Assembly: GCF_001194135.2 (NCBI RefSeq)
Contig: NC_068994.1
Coordinates: forward strand, 41,381,635 to 41,445,569
Origin: Octopus bimaculoides
Taxonomy: Eukaryota
Direction: 5' to 3'
DNA: 63,935 nt
In this document: positions 1 to 12,329 of the stretch, piece after piece
How positions within the stretch are numbered: the stretch's first letter is position 1
Layout: each line of letters begins with the position of its first letter
Program-made: the position numbers and the translations under genes
Notes under the pieces: generated by a model
Told to the model about the DNA's origin: nothing
Seen by the model: only the letters and a program-made list of their open reading frames with translations
Database searches by the model: none

Positions 1-667
1 TATATATATATATATGTATGTATATATATATATGTATGTATATATTTTGTGTTTCATCTATCGTATAGCCTTTTCATAGTTTCTGAATTATATCTTGTAA
101 ACTAACTGTATTGATTTCAATAATTGTCAGATAAATTTCATTATATCATAATTTAATTAGATTCTATTCATTCTTGTCAGACAATATTTAAGCATGCTAT
201 GTATCCTACTTCTTTCTATATCATATTTGTCTACTGTTTCTCCAAATTCAACTCTTTTACTTTATATTCAAGGTAAAATGTATTCATTCACATAATTGAA
301 GTGTATGTTTGTAACTGCTGCTTTGAACACAGACTGCGAAAACTGAGTTCTTCCTTTGTTTCTTTTATTTTTGACTAGTTCCAGTCATTGAAATGTGACC
401 ATACTGGGACACTGCCTCGAAGTGTCAAGTCGAGCAAATTAGTCCCTGCATTTATTTTTCTGGTACTTATTCTATCAGACGTAAACAAGCCAACACTAGT
501 TGTCAAGTGATGGTCGTATTGACAAACACAAACACACACACATGCACTCACATAAACACACATGATATGTGTGTGTGTGTGTGTGTATATACATCTATAT
601 GTATACACACACATATATAGATATAATATAATATAGAGATAATATTATATATATATATATATATATA

Positions 668-812
668 TCATCATCATCATCGTTTAACGTCCGCTTTCCA
701 TGCTAGCATGGTTGGACGATTTGACTGAGGACTGGTGAACCAGATGGCTACACCAGGCTCCAATCTGATTTGGCAGAGTTTCTGCAGTTGGATGCCCTTC
801 CTAACGCCAACA
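668..812 (-). mobile_element. Family B: RTE-LINE 3'-end-derived repeat, truncated
   Basis: catcatcatcgtttaacgtccgctttccatgctagcatg...ggatgcccttcctaacgccaac; near-identical to copies at 19.9, 21.8 and 62.3 kb; (GAT)n tail on the minus strand. Confidence 0.85.
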
Positions 813-846
<34 letters not shown>

Positions 847-905
847 NNNNNNNNNNNNNNNNNNNNNNNNNNNNNNNNNNNNNNNNNNNNNNNNNNNNNN
901 NNNNN

Positions 906-948
<43 letters not shown>

Positions 949-1564
949 GTAGATAGATAAAGATATGCAAATGTCTTGTACAATAGCCTTGGGCCAACCA
1001 AAGCCTTCCGAGTGAATTTGGTAGATGGAAACTGAAAGAAGCCCCACTACCACTTGACAACCATTGTTGATATATCTACATCCCTCCATAACTCAGTGGT
1101 TCAGTAAAAGAACTTTAAAAATGAGAAATGAGTACTGGTATTGATTCGTTTGACTAAAATTCTTCAAGGGAGAGCCCCAGCATGGCCACAGTTTAATGAC
1201 TGAAACAAATGAAAGAAAATAAAGATGCCAAATTCACTGATATGGTTTTGTTTGGGTCAGGGCTATACGAGAAGTCACTTGCTCTAGGTGCCCCACAGGT
1301 GATGGGACTGAACCTGAAACCTGAAAACACGTAGTTGCAAAGCGAACTCCTTAACTGCACCGTCCAATTCAAGATGTTGGTAATTGGATTACCTATCTAA
1401 AATGGATGAGGTTACCAATGTCATGAATTGGAATGCTTGAACAATTGTGAGTTTTTTTATACATAAAACCATTGGTAGTATTGTTAATCCACAAATAAAA
1501 AATATTTAACCACCAAATGCAGTGTTGAGCACTCATTCTGTTTGATAACAGTATGCTATTGCAT

Positions 1565-1597
<33 letters not shown>

Positions 1598-1894
1598 AAA
1601 TGAAGTGTGAATGAGAACACAATATGTATTTATCCCAGTATATATCTATTTATAGTTTACTGACTTTGACTTTAAATCTCTATGATGTTTCATACCTGTA
1701 TCCAGGAACATAATAATCCATGTTGGATTTATATCATTTCAGTTAGATTAATAGCCAGCTTGAAAGCAGAGTGACACTATGGCTGCTGAATAATTACTTC
1801 TAGCAAATACACATAATACACACACACACACACTTGCACACGCACACAGATATATACCTACATACATATCCACATTCACATATATTTATGGAAT

Positions 1895-2220
1895 CCATAC
1901 CTAACTGGCACTCAGTCAATTACAATGACAATGATTCCTGTTGATTCAATCAGCAGAATAGCCTACTCATTAAATTAATGTGTAAATGGCTGAGCACTCC
2001 ACAGACACATGTACCCTTAACACACTTCTCAGGGAGATTCAGCATGACACAGAATGTGACAAGGCTGGCCATTTGAAATACAGACACTGCACATTTTTGG
2101 TAGATGAGGGAAGTGGGCCAGCAGGAAATAAAGTGCCTTGCTCAAGGACACAATGCACTGCTGGGAGTCGAACTCCTGGTCTTAGGATTATGAGTCAAAT
2201 ACCCTAACCACTAAACCACA
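1895..2220 (-). mobile_element. tRNA-headed SINE (minor family)
   Basis: Minus strand begins gtggtttagtggttagggtatttgactc...gagttcgactccc (A/B-box-like), followed by gtgtccttgagcaaggcacttt. Confidence 0.65.
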
Positions 2221-2526
2221 TATTGCAAGTGCAAGCTTCAAGAGTAATGAAACATTTGTGTACTACCATCATACATATTCACAACATGAGTGCAAATTTA
2301 CTGCACATATACATAATATACATATACACAAACATCAACCAATTCAGATAAGCACAGTCTCCAAAGAACGATCTTCATTTCAGTAGTAGAACCAAACCAA
2401 TTTGTTAGTGATAGTCTAAAATTTTGGAAAGAAGAAACAAATGTGTGTCCATCTCGTATTTCATCCATCCATCGATGCAGCCATCCAAGCAACCCCCACC
2501 ACACACAGATAGACAGACAGACAGAC

Positions 2527-2563
<37 letters not shown>

Positions 2564-2600
2564 TGTATAGTCATAAATACATATATGTATATATATATAT

Positions 2601-2872
2601 AGTAATAATATTAGGGAATAAAAACAGAAATTTAATGAACTCTACGGGCCTTAGTAAATACATTTGGGAAATTAATTCAAAAAGAATAGAATACGAGTTA
2701 AAATGGGAAATAGTTTGTAAGGCTAAATCATATAGGATAGGGAATAAATTCTGCTTATTATGTACTAACGAAAGAGATATTATTAACTAATAAAAAATTT
2801 ATTAAATCCCACGATGAACGTAATATTAAATGCAGACATAAATTAAATTACTTATATAATAAGTTTAGATAA
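2601..2872 (+). pseudogene. Penelope-like element, GIY-YIG endonuclease C-terminus (decayed)
   Basis: NSTGLSKYIWEINSKRIEYELKWEIVCKAKSYRIGNKFCLLCTNE, then after a frameshift ERNIKCRHKLNYLYNKFR*. Matches the PLE pattern T.LSKYIW.LK...Y.I.W.I...A..Y......C.LC..EK...KCRH. Confidence 0.85.
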
Positions 2873-3081
2873 CTAATTTATTTATTTAAACCTAGTATTA
2901 GGTACCAACTTATAGTTATGATCAGTATCGTAGAATACATCAAATTAACTTTAGAATACACTTTAATCATCACAATATTATACAAAATTGGAACATATAA
3001 CTCCCTTTACTTTACGTATTCAACGATAATATGAGCAGTCCTTTACAATGTTGAAATAACATTATTTAAGTAATTTATAAC

Positions 3082-3502
3082 TTTCGTATTTGGTATAGTT
3101 ATTATTCTGCGTTAATCTGAGAGTTTTAAGTATTTTAGTATTATTAATCTTCAATAAACTTCTTATTTTAGGTAGATTTTCTTTTTCCATATTTTCGTTA
3201 TTATTTTAGTAATTATAACACGTAATTACCTCTGGTAATGATCACCATGTTTATCACGTGACTTTTCAGTATTAATTTTTCTAGCATTATTTACGTAATA
3301 TAGAATTTTCGAATGTGTATAGTTATTACTCTGCGTTAATTTGCAAGTTTAAGTATTTTAGTATTTTTAATCCTCAAGAAACTTTTTATTTTAGGTAGAT
3401 TTTCTGTTTCGATATTTTCGTTATTATTTTAGTAATTATAATACGCATGGACTTCTGGGTAGTAGACGCTATCACGTGACCTTCTAGTATAAATTCTATA
3501 GC
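3082..3502 (+). repeat. Tandem duplication (about 225-bp period) in the PLE 3' region
   Basis: About 3082-3290 and 3307-3502 share tatagttatta(t/c)tctgcgttaat...ttttaggtagattttct...attttcgttattattttagtaattataa...tatcacgtgac. Confidence 0.85.
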
Positions 3503-4645
3503 ACAGCCATTTTTGTTTTAATCTACAGTTAAATCTCATCGGCAGGTAAGTCATGTTTTCTTATTTTAATTCTATAAACAATATTGACATCCTTCTTTTA
3601 GTAACTTTATACACTAACACATTTTTTTACTGTTATCTACTTATTCCATAATGTGTTAACCTTGTTTACTATAATATTATATTTTTAGATTGTAACTCTT
3701 AATAATTATATTAATACCGTTAATGTAAGGATTAGTTTACAGATTTTGTCTCTTTATATATATTTTTATCTCTCATCTTTATGTTTATTTCTTGAATGAT
3801 TTTAGGTATTTTCTTAGGGATTTGACCTGAAGAGTAACTGATTTGGGGAGTAAAATCATTTCCCCGTTCTAATGAACTCGGATAGAATTTGCTTATGATT
3901 TTATATAGTCCTATTTCAGCTATGAAATGCACGTAGTCTATGTACTAGCACTAACTTTTACATTTATACTTCCATACTGTATATTATCGTATTAATTTTT
4001 ACTGTCCAATTTATAACTTTGACTTTTAAACTTTTTCTTTAATTATTATTTCTATGATCTATTTATGTAATATATTATTTAATTNNNNNNNNNNNNNNNN
4101 NNNNNNNNNNNNNNNNNNNNNNNNNNNNNNNNNNNNNNNNNNNNNNNNNNNNNNNNNNNNNNNNNNNNNNNNNNNNNNNNNNNNNNNNNNNNNNNNNNNN
4201 NNNNNNNNNNNNNNNNNNNNNNNNNNNNNNNNNNNNNNNNNNNNNNNNNNNNNNNNNNNNNNNNNNNNNNNNNNNNNNNNNNNNNNNNNNNNNNNNNNNN
4301 NNNNNNNNNNNNNNNNNNNNNNNNNNNNNNNNNNNNNNNNNNNNNNNNNNNNNNNNNNNNNNNNNNNNNNNNNNNNNNNNNNNNNNNNNNNNNNNNNNNN
4401 NNNNNNNNNNNNNNNNNNNNNNNNNNNNNNNNNNNNNNNNNNNNNNNNNNNNNNNNNNNNNNNNNNNNNNNNNNNNNNNNNNNNNNNNNNNNNNNNNNNN
4501 NNNNNNNNNNNNNNNNNNNNNNNNNNNNNNNNNNNNNNNNNNNNNNNNNNNNNNNNNNNNNNNNNNNNNNNNNNNNNNNNNNNNNNNNNNNNNNNNNNNN
4601 NNNNNNNNNNNNNNNNNNNNNNNNNTATATATATATATATATATA

Positions 4646-5608
4646 TATTAAAGTTAGACAAGGCCAGTTTATGGGATTACTTTAGATTTCATATCCATAA
4701 AGGGCTTGGCTTTATGGCATATCATCAGCTCCCAAAACTTGTTGGCTAAAGGCCTCAATAGTATATGGAGGAGAAAATGGCCCTGTTACTTAATGTCAGC
4801 AATGGGGATTGTTTCCCCTTGACAATCGATTGCCAATGTCAACGAAGGAGATTGTGTCCCTTTGGCTATTGAATGCCAGTGCCCCGGTTATCCCATAGGT
4901 TCTAATAGGCTAGCAGGAATTTCCTGAAATGTAAGCACGGTCTGAAGATCTCTGTTCTGGAGTTCAGAATGTTCCCTGGGTCGACTGAGTCCTTTAGAAA
5001 CCTCGCCTGTTCCATATGCATAATTTACAGTGGTTGGTCCCATTAATGTAGGGGCCTGGATTCTCTAGGATTCTCCATGATAAGGTGTATGGAATCCGAT
5101 CATCTATTTGCTGCCATACATGGCTGGCTAATGGCGTGACAAATCTCCTTTCTGGTATCCTGAGGGAGGACCAGTTGTTAAAGAGGCATTGTTTGAATGA
5201 GTTCCCAGAACAGCCAATGTATCGCCATTGGTGGGAGTGATATGTCTGTTGGTGTTAGCAGCAGCTGGAAATTATGCATATCGGAATGGTCGAAGATCCT
5301 AAAGTACTCTCATGACCCAGGGAACATCCTGCACTCCAGAACGGAGGTCTTTGGACCGTGCTTACATTTCAGGAAATTCCTGCTAGCCTATTGGAACCCA
5401 AGGGATAATAGGGCCACTGGCAATTGACAGCCAAAGGGACACAACCCACATTGTTGACATTGGGTAATGGGGTCATTTCCTCCTCCATATTCTAGAGAGG
5501 CCTTTAGCCAACAGATTTTGGAATCTGATGATACACCATAAAGCCAAACACTTTCTGAACATGAAACCTAAGTAATCCCATAGACCAACCTTATCTAACT
5601 TTAATGTA
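4646..5608. mobile_element. Non-autonomous fold-back DNA element with about 400-bp inverted arms
   Basis: Left arm 4646-~5040 is the reverse complement of ~5250-5608 (e.g. ggctagcaggaatttcctgaaatgtaagcacggtc vs gaccgtgcttacatttcaggaaattcctgctagcc); termini ttaaagttaga...tctaactttaa in a TA context. Confidence 0.85.
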
Positions 5609-5660
5609 CACTGCTCTATAACTTAAAGTGTGCTTCTTTTTTCAAATTTTTGTTTATGGA

Positions 5661-5735
<75 letters not shown>

Positions 5736-5767
5736 NNNNNNNNNNATATATATTATATATGTGTATG

Positions 5768-5826
<59 letters not shown>

Positions 5827-5831
5827 ATATA

Positions 5832-6783
5832 CAGGGTGTGAAAGAAATTTGAGGAAAGATTTATGTTTATTAAAAAAAAAACAGAGATATTATAACAGAT
5901 ATTAGCTTTATTTATCAAAAAAATGCTATGTGGATAAAAATAAACCTTACTTTTCTATAAAGTTATTCAATAAAGTCACTTTCAGCTTCAACAACTGCTT
6001 CTATATGAGATCTAAATCAACTACATGATCGAAGCAAGTGGCCCTGGTTCATTTTGGACATTACTCTGACTATGTTAGCTTTCAAAGAATCTTTGGTGTT
6101 ATGGGCATGTTCTCAACAACATTTCACATGTAATAGTCCAATGCATTGAGATCTGGGGAACTAGGAGGCCAAATGTTAGGGGTTCTGTGATCATGAAAAT
6201 TTTCAGCCATCCATTCCTGTGTTACTAGAGCCATGTGTGATAGTGCAGAGTCTTGCTGAAACACATATGGCCTTCCATTTCATACACTGTCTATCCAGGG
6301 CTTAACAATTGTTTCCAGGACCTCAATGTAGGCAGCAGAGTTAACTCTAAAGCCTTGTGGAAAGAAGTAAGGAGACATCACATGTCCTTCATTGTTGACA
6401 ACCTCTAAAACCCAGTTGCAGGAAATTTTGTATGCATAACACTTGGTACTTCAGAAGGGTCTGCACATAACCATCTGCCATTTCTTCTGTTAACTTTTTG
6501 ATCTTGGTCGAGGCTTTTCTCATTTGAGGAAAACCAATTCAAATTTTCTTCTAGCTCCTTACAAACCCTGTAGACGAAAGATCTGGCAACTTTTGAAAAA
6601 TCGAGATATTTCTAAATCGCTGTGCTCAGCCTTTATAACCACAATAACTACATGCTTCTTCATTTCTTGAGTGAGCTGAGGGTCTGCCATTATTATTATC
6701 TGAAACAAAGATCATACAGTGTTAGCAAAAAATGCATAAATGACCCAAAATAGGTATGTCCCTCCAATATCTTACTAACCCTG
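5832..6783 (-). mobile_element. Tc1/mariner DD37D (maT-type) internal-deletion derivative with transposase pseudogene
   Basis: TA|CAGGGT...ACCCTG|TA termini. Minus strand from ATG 6690 gives MADPQLTQEMKKH..., GHVMSPYFFPQGFRVNSAAYIEVLETIVKPWIDSV and NGRPYVFQQDSALSHMALVTQEWMAENFHDHRTPNIWPPSSPDLNALDYY; 37 residues lie between the last two catalytic Asp; stops and frameshifts present. Confidence 0.9.
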
Positions 6784-7633
6784 TATATATGTGTGTGTGT
6801 GTGTGTGTAAGTATGTATGTGTATCTGTATATAGAGAGGTCAACATACACAAGTACACGTGTACATAGAAACATGTGCAAAGATAAGTATTAACGTATTT
6901 GTACGCATGTTTAGCGTGAGTGAAAAATACAGACACAGGGGCGCACACAAGCAAGAACGCGTGCACACACACACACATACAGATTTGTTTATATTAACGC
7001 GAACTAGGATTGCTGCCTATCAAAGAGATATGTGTCCCAGTAATAAACGTGGGTGAACAGAGAAGGAAATAAGTTATCCCTTGTAGAAACTAGGTCCTAA
7101 CACTTGTCACAGATCATACACTGCTGAAAGCACCCAAGAGCTAGGTTTATGTTTCCTTAGCATCACGTTGAGTAAATATCATTTGCTATATTCTTAATGA
7201 CAGACACACAAACACAAAGATCTCTACTACAAATATGAGTCACGTTTATCAATTACAAGGGAGGCTACCTTCTCTATTTTCACTTCGTTTTAGACTATTT
7301 GTTAACAATAAATAACATTATTATCAATAAGCGTGACGGGACAATATTATTGCTGGCCGAGTCGATTATGTTATGTAAGAACCAATGAGTTACTTCCCTT
7401 CTAACCATAATAATTACGTCACATTCCCATCTAATTATGTTTCTTTAAAGAAGTTTGCTTATAATTGAAGGAAATGTGATTGTGTGACGTTCATGTGTTT
7501 CTACAAGGATATTAGAGAGATTACCTATCTATCACCTCCTTGTATTAGACATTTTCAAGGACGGGGAGAAGCGTTATATGGTGTTCCAACCTGCTAAAAT
7601 TAACAAAACTATCTACCTGAAATCACACCTTAC

Positions 7634-7861
7634 CTTCTTAAAAGTAAAGACACGTTGAAGAACATAGAAGTTCTTGAAGTAAGTGAAGAAAGATGGTCAT
7701 AAGTGGAATGCTTTTGATCATAAGTCTTCTTAAGGTTAAACAACAAGAAGGAATTTTTTTCTGGTTTAGGCATAGTGTGTGTTGTTTGGTCCATAGATAA
7801 AATGTCATGTTTACAGAAGATGTGTGTTCTCATCTCACAGACGGTCTTCATATTTTTCCAT
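7634..7861 (-). CDS. Candidate exon of an unidentified host gene (228 bp, phase 2-2)
   Basis: Acceptor aaaatctctttag|, donor AAGAAG|gtaagg; non-repetitive; single open frame WKNMKTVCEMRTHIFCKHDILSMDQTTHTMPKPEKNSFLLFNLKKTYDQKHSTYDHLSSLTSRTSMFFNVSLLLR. Product not recognised. Confidence 0.45.
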
Positions 7862-7917
7862 CTAAAGAGATTTTTTAGCCTAATATTACCATGCTATGGT
7901 TTATACTTTATTATGAT

Positions 7918-8340
7918 ATGGTGGCAGAATTGTTAGCACACCAGACAAAATGTTTACCAGTATTTTGTCTTTACATTGTGAGTTCAAATTCCACTGAGGT
8001 CAACTTTGCCTATCATCCTTTTGGGACCAATGAAATAAATAGAACACTGGGGTCAATGTAATCAAGAAGTGCTTCCCACAAAATTTCAATCTTTGTGTCT
8101 ACAATAGACAGGATTATCTATAACTTTATTTAGGTGGTGAGTTGGCAGAATCCTTAACATGCCAGATAAAATGCTTAGCAATATTTCATCTGTTTTTAAG
8201 TTCTAAGTTCAAATTCCATCAAAGTCAACTTTGCCTTTCATCTTTTCAGGGTTGATGCTATAAGAAGCATCTGGAAATCATGCAATAAACTAGCTCCACC
8301 TCCCACAAAATTTCAGGCTTTGTGTTCATGGTAAAAAGAA
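7918..8340 (+). mobile_element. Two tandem decayed family C SINEs
   Basis: Both contain gttcaaattcc...gtcaactttgcct(a/t)tcatc(c/t)ttt...caaaatttca...tgtg (about 7918-8115 and 8140-8340). Confidence 0.75.
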
Positions 8341-9029
8341 TCACTTGTAGTTTTCTTTCCTTCAAGTTTCACCACTCCAAAAAAGAAGTATTTCATGCTA
8401 ACTGTTATATTTAAGTTCTCACTTCTAGCATAGCTGGAAGAAGAGTAGGCTTTGCAAATCAACTTGATTTCTCTGATATAAAAATGCAAAACGTCAGAGC
8501 AAACTGGCGGTCTGCATTGAGAAAACTTTTATAGTGAAGTTCATAAATATCTATAAGTTCATAAATTAGAATGAGTTTGTATGCTATGATGGAAAGAAAA
8601 GAGAAAAACTGATGTTCCGTGACTAACCCTTTGTTTAAAAGGAAGAGAAAAATACCACTTTTACATTAGTCAAAGATAAAATGCTCACATGTAATGTGCT
8701 ATCTTTACAATCCAATGGATTATAAACGCTCTCTTTTGCTTACAGATAAGGACATAGAAGCACATACAGAAACACACACAAGCACATATGCATATGCATG
8801 CACAACTATAAACAAATGCATGCATGGTAATATACAGTGGTCAATTCTATTTACCATATAAACCCTGTCCTATAAAATGTTGGCCTTGTGACTTGTCAAG
8901 AGCAATCAGTTGATGTGTGATTGAGAAGTTCTGTGAGATAGACCACGCTAAGCAGTCATACAATCATTATTTGAAATATGACAGGAGGAAATAACATTGG
9001 CATTGTTAGGGTCTCTGCTGTTACTGCTG

Positions 9030-9200
9030 CTGCTGTTGTTGTTGTTGTTGTTGTTGTGGCAGTGATGATGATAATGATGATGTATTGTTGATGTTGTTGT
9101 TGATGATGATGGTGTTGGTGTTGGTGGTGGTGTAAGTAGTAGTTATAGTAGTGCTGGTGGCAGTCGAGGTGGTGGTGGTGTCTTGTTGCTGATGCTATTG
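9030..9200. repeat. Compound trinucleotide simple repeat (GTT/GAT/GGT)
   Basis: Direct reading. Confidence 0.9.
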
Positions 9201-9704
9201 CCGTAGCTATTGGTAATTTGTTTATCCCTCAACCTCACTCCTGATTAAGCAGGCCTATGATCAAATACATTCCAGACATGACCATCCCTTTTTCACAGAA
9301 AATCTAACTAGAAAAATCAGTGCTGGTATGATTCCGTCTCACTTGGTGTAGGTGGGGAGCTTGTCTCCCTAGTCTGTTGTTAGAAAAGTGCTCTTATATG
9401 GCTAAGAGTTGTTTTGGTTCTTATTTCTAGTGACTGTGTGGTTAAGAAGTTTGCTTCGCTACGACATGGTTCTGGGTTCAATCCCACCACATGGCACCTT
9501 GGGAAAGGGTTTTCATTTATAGCCTCAGGCCAATGAAAGGCTTGTGAGTAAATTTGGTATTTGGAAACTAAAGGTAGCCAGATGTATTTATATAAATATG
9601 TTGTATGTGTGAACATGCGTGCATGTGTGTGTGGAGGGGGAGGGTGCACATGCACGTGCATGTGTGTATGTGAGAAGAAAACAAGTTAAAACATAAAATA
9701 TTCC

Positions 9705-9895
9705 ATAAGGTATCCACTCTGCACAGTGGTTGGTGTAAGGAAGGGCATCCAGCCGTAAAAACCATGCCAAAACAGAGTGAACTCTGGTGCAGTCTTCTGG
9801 CTTGCCAGCTCCCATCAAACCATCCAACCCATGCCAGCATGGAAAACGGATGTTAAATGTTAAAAGTGATGATGATGATGATGATGATGACGACG
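9705..9895 (+). mobile_element. Family B RTE 3'-end copy
   Basis: aggaagggcatccagccgtaaaaaccatgcc...ccatgccagcatggaaaacggatgttaaa plus a (GAT)n tail. Confidence 0.8.
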
Positions 9896-10699
9896 ACAAC
9901 TAAAATATTATAGCCAACACATTAAGATGAACACACAATCACCACTTTACTAAGACAGTGTGACTAACACAACATCAATAATAAACCTATTCACTATTAC
10001 CAACTCACTACCATTAACACACGACCACCAACAAACCAGTACATATATGTATGTATATATATAATATGAATATGCACTCATACATACACACACAACAGAA
10101 CCATACGAACATATCTTCACTGATAAATTCAATAGACATAACTCAAAAAACACACATATAAGAAAAAAAAAACATTTTACACTTTGGTGTGAAATGTTTT
10201 TTTTTACCTGTCTGTTATACAAAACTAGCCAAATTTATCTGCACATCAACTCCAGGAATAACATAATTTTGATGTGTTAAAATGAAGAATATAAAAGCAT
10301 GAGTATATCTGATAAGGAATGAACATACAACTCTATCAACATATAAAAATATCAAGTTAAGTTATACAACTCTTTAGATTTAACTAGATAAAGGATTTAG
10401 TGTACATTTATTATTGTATATGAATTGTACATGTTGCTTGAGTAAGAAATTTACTTTTGAGCCACAAGGTTTGGGATTTGGTCCCTCAGGAGGGCACTTT
10501 GAGTGCTTTTTGCCATAGACCCAAGTTGACCAATGCCTTGAAGCCTGATAGGGACACTGTATTTCATTATGCAACCATGAGATTCCACCAAGTATGTTAA
10601 AGGCTTATGGTATGTCTTACCTGCATTAGCAGTGTTATTAATTCACTTTTTAAAGTTATCTCTTCAGGTATTCTTGAAATATTCTATAATTCTCTTTTA

Positions 10700-11113
10700 T
10701 CATCTATCTTTTACTGGTTTCAGTCATTAGACTGTGTCCATGCTGGGGCACCACCTTGAAGAATTTTTAGTTGAATGAATCACCCCCAGCACTTATTTAT
10801 TGTTAAGCTTGATACTTATTCTATCTATCTCTTTTACTGAACTGTTAAGTTACAGAGATGTAAACACTGATTGTCAAGTGGTGGTTGGGGACAAACACTG
10901 ACACAAAGACATGCACACACAGACATACATAAACATATGGCTTTTTTCAGTTTACATCTGTGAAATACGACGGGCTTCTTTCAATTTCATCAACCAAATC
11001 CACTCACAATGCTTTGATTGGCCAAAGGCTTTAGTACAAGAAACTTGCATAAGGTATCATACAGAAGAAGTGAACCTCTAATCATGTGATTGGGAAGCAA
11101 CCTTCTAACCACA
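10700..11113 (-). mobile_element. Family A SINE, diverged near-full copy
   Basis: tttcagtcattagactgtgtccatgctgg...gggcttctttc...ccaaatccactcacaatgctttg; collinear with 21222-21679. Confidence 0.75.
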
Positions 11114-11224
11114 TTAATTGCTGATAAGTCCCATATTTCATTATGCAACCATAATATAGCTTGGGGCTTCATGGAGGCAAGGCAATGACTGAGAACTTTG
11201 GCATTATGCTGTGCTTGAGAAGAA

Positions 11225-11460
11225 GACCCGTCAAGCCAAGCAAAATTGCTGTTGTGACAGATGCTGGTGTCAAGCAAATGGCACCCAGCGGCATGTAAAA
11301 TCACCCTTTACACTCTTTTGGTGTTAGGAAGGGCATCCAGCCATAGAAAACCATGCCAAGTCAGACTGGAGTCTGGAGCAGCCTTCTTGTTTACCAAATC
11401 CAGTCAAACCGTCCAACCCATGCCAGCATGGACAACGGACGTTAAATGATGATGATAATG
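11225..11460 (+). mobile_element. Family B RTE 3'-end copy
   Basis: ggtgttaggaagggcatccagccatagaaaacc...ggacgttaaatgatgatgat. Confidence 0.8.
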
Positions 11461-12329
11461 AATACACTACAAAGTATGTTGATTTCAAATTTTGACACAA
11501 GGTCAGAAATTTCAGGGCTGGAAGTAAGTTGATAACATTGACCCTAGAGCTACACTGGCATTTATTTTATTGCCCCAAAAGGATAAAAGGCTAAGTTGCT
11601 CTTGGTGGAATTTGAACTCAGAACATAGAGACAGGCAAAATGCTGCTAAGCATTTTGCCCAGCGTACTAACGATTCTGCCAGTTCACCTTTTTTTTACAT
11701 GTAAAAAGCATGTAAAAAAATGGTGCTTTTTACATGCCACGGACATGAGACCAGTCAGGCGGCACTGGCATTGACCATGTTCATATGGTGCATTTTACAT
11801 GCCACTGGCATGTGTGCCAGTCATGTGGTACTGGCATCAGCCACGAATTAATCATGTAGCTATGAAATTTTGATGATGTGATTGTATATTTTATAATGGG
11901 ATTGGAGTGTAAGAGTGATAGGCCAGATCTGGCTGGTTAGAACATAAAACAAGTAACATATCTCGGCCAGATATGGCTGGTTTAAATGCTAAAGAGTTAA
12001 ACATCAATGGATTAAGTCTCTTACATCAAAACCAAAACAGTTCCTTTGGTAAGCTTCTACAAAAGTTTCTGTCTACCAAATTTTGCTCACAGTGCTTTGA
12101 TTAACCTGAAGCAATGAAAGAAAACACTTGCACAAGCCCCAAGAGGAGCTTACAGTTGGATTGAACCCAAAACCTCAAAGCTGCAAAGTGAGGTTTTTGA
12201 CCACAAGGCTCTCTCTAGGGTCTTCTATGATACTAAATACAAAAACACAATTACGCTTATATATGCATATACATGCACATACATCATAATTCTCTTTAAA
12301 CATATGCATACATCACATTGCATACACAT

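Noticed and set aside
3732-3932. Minus ORF resembling a PLE linker (ISKFYP...ISYS...KIIQEIN), and a plus-strand CTGAAGAG...CTCGGAT hammerhead reading
   Set aside because: The protein resemblance rests on a few residues in AT-rich DNA; the ribozyme reading lacks GAAA and stem I
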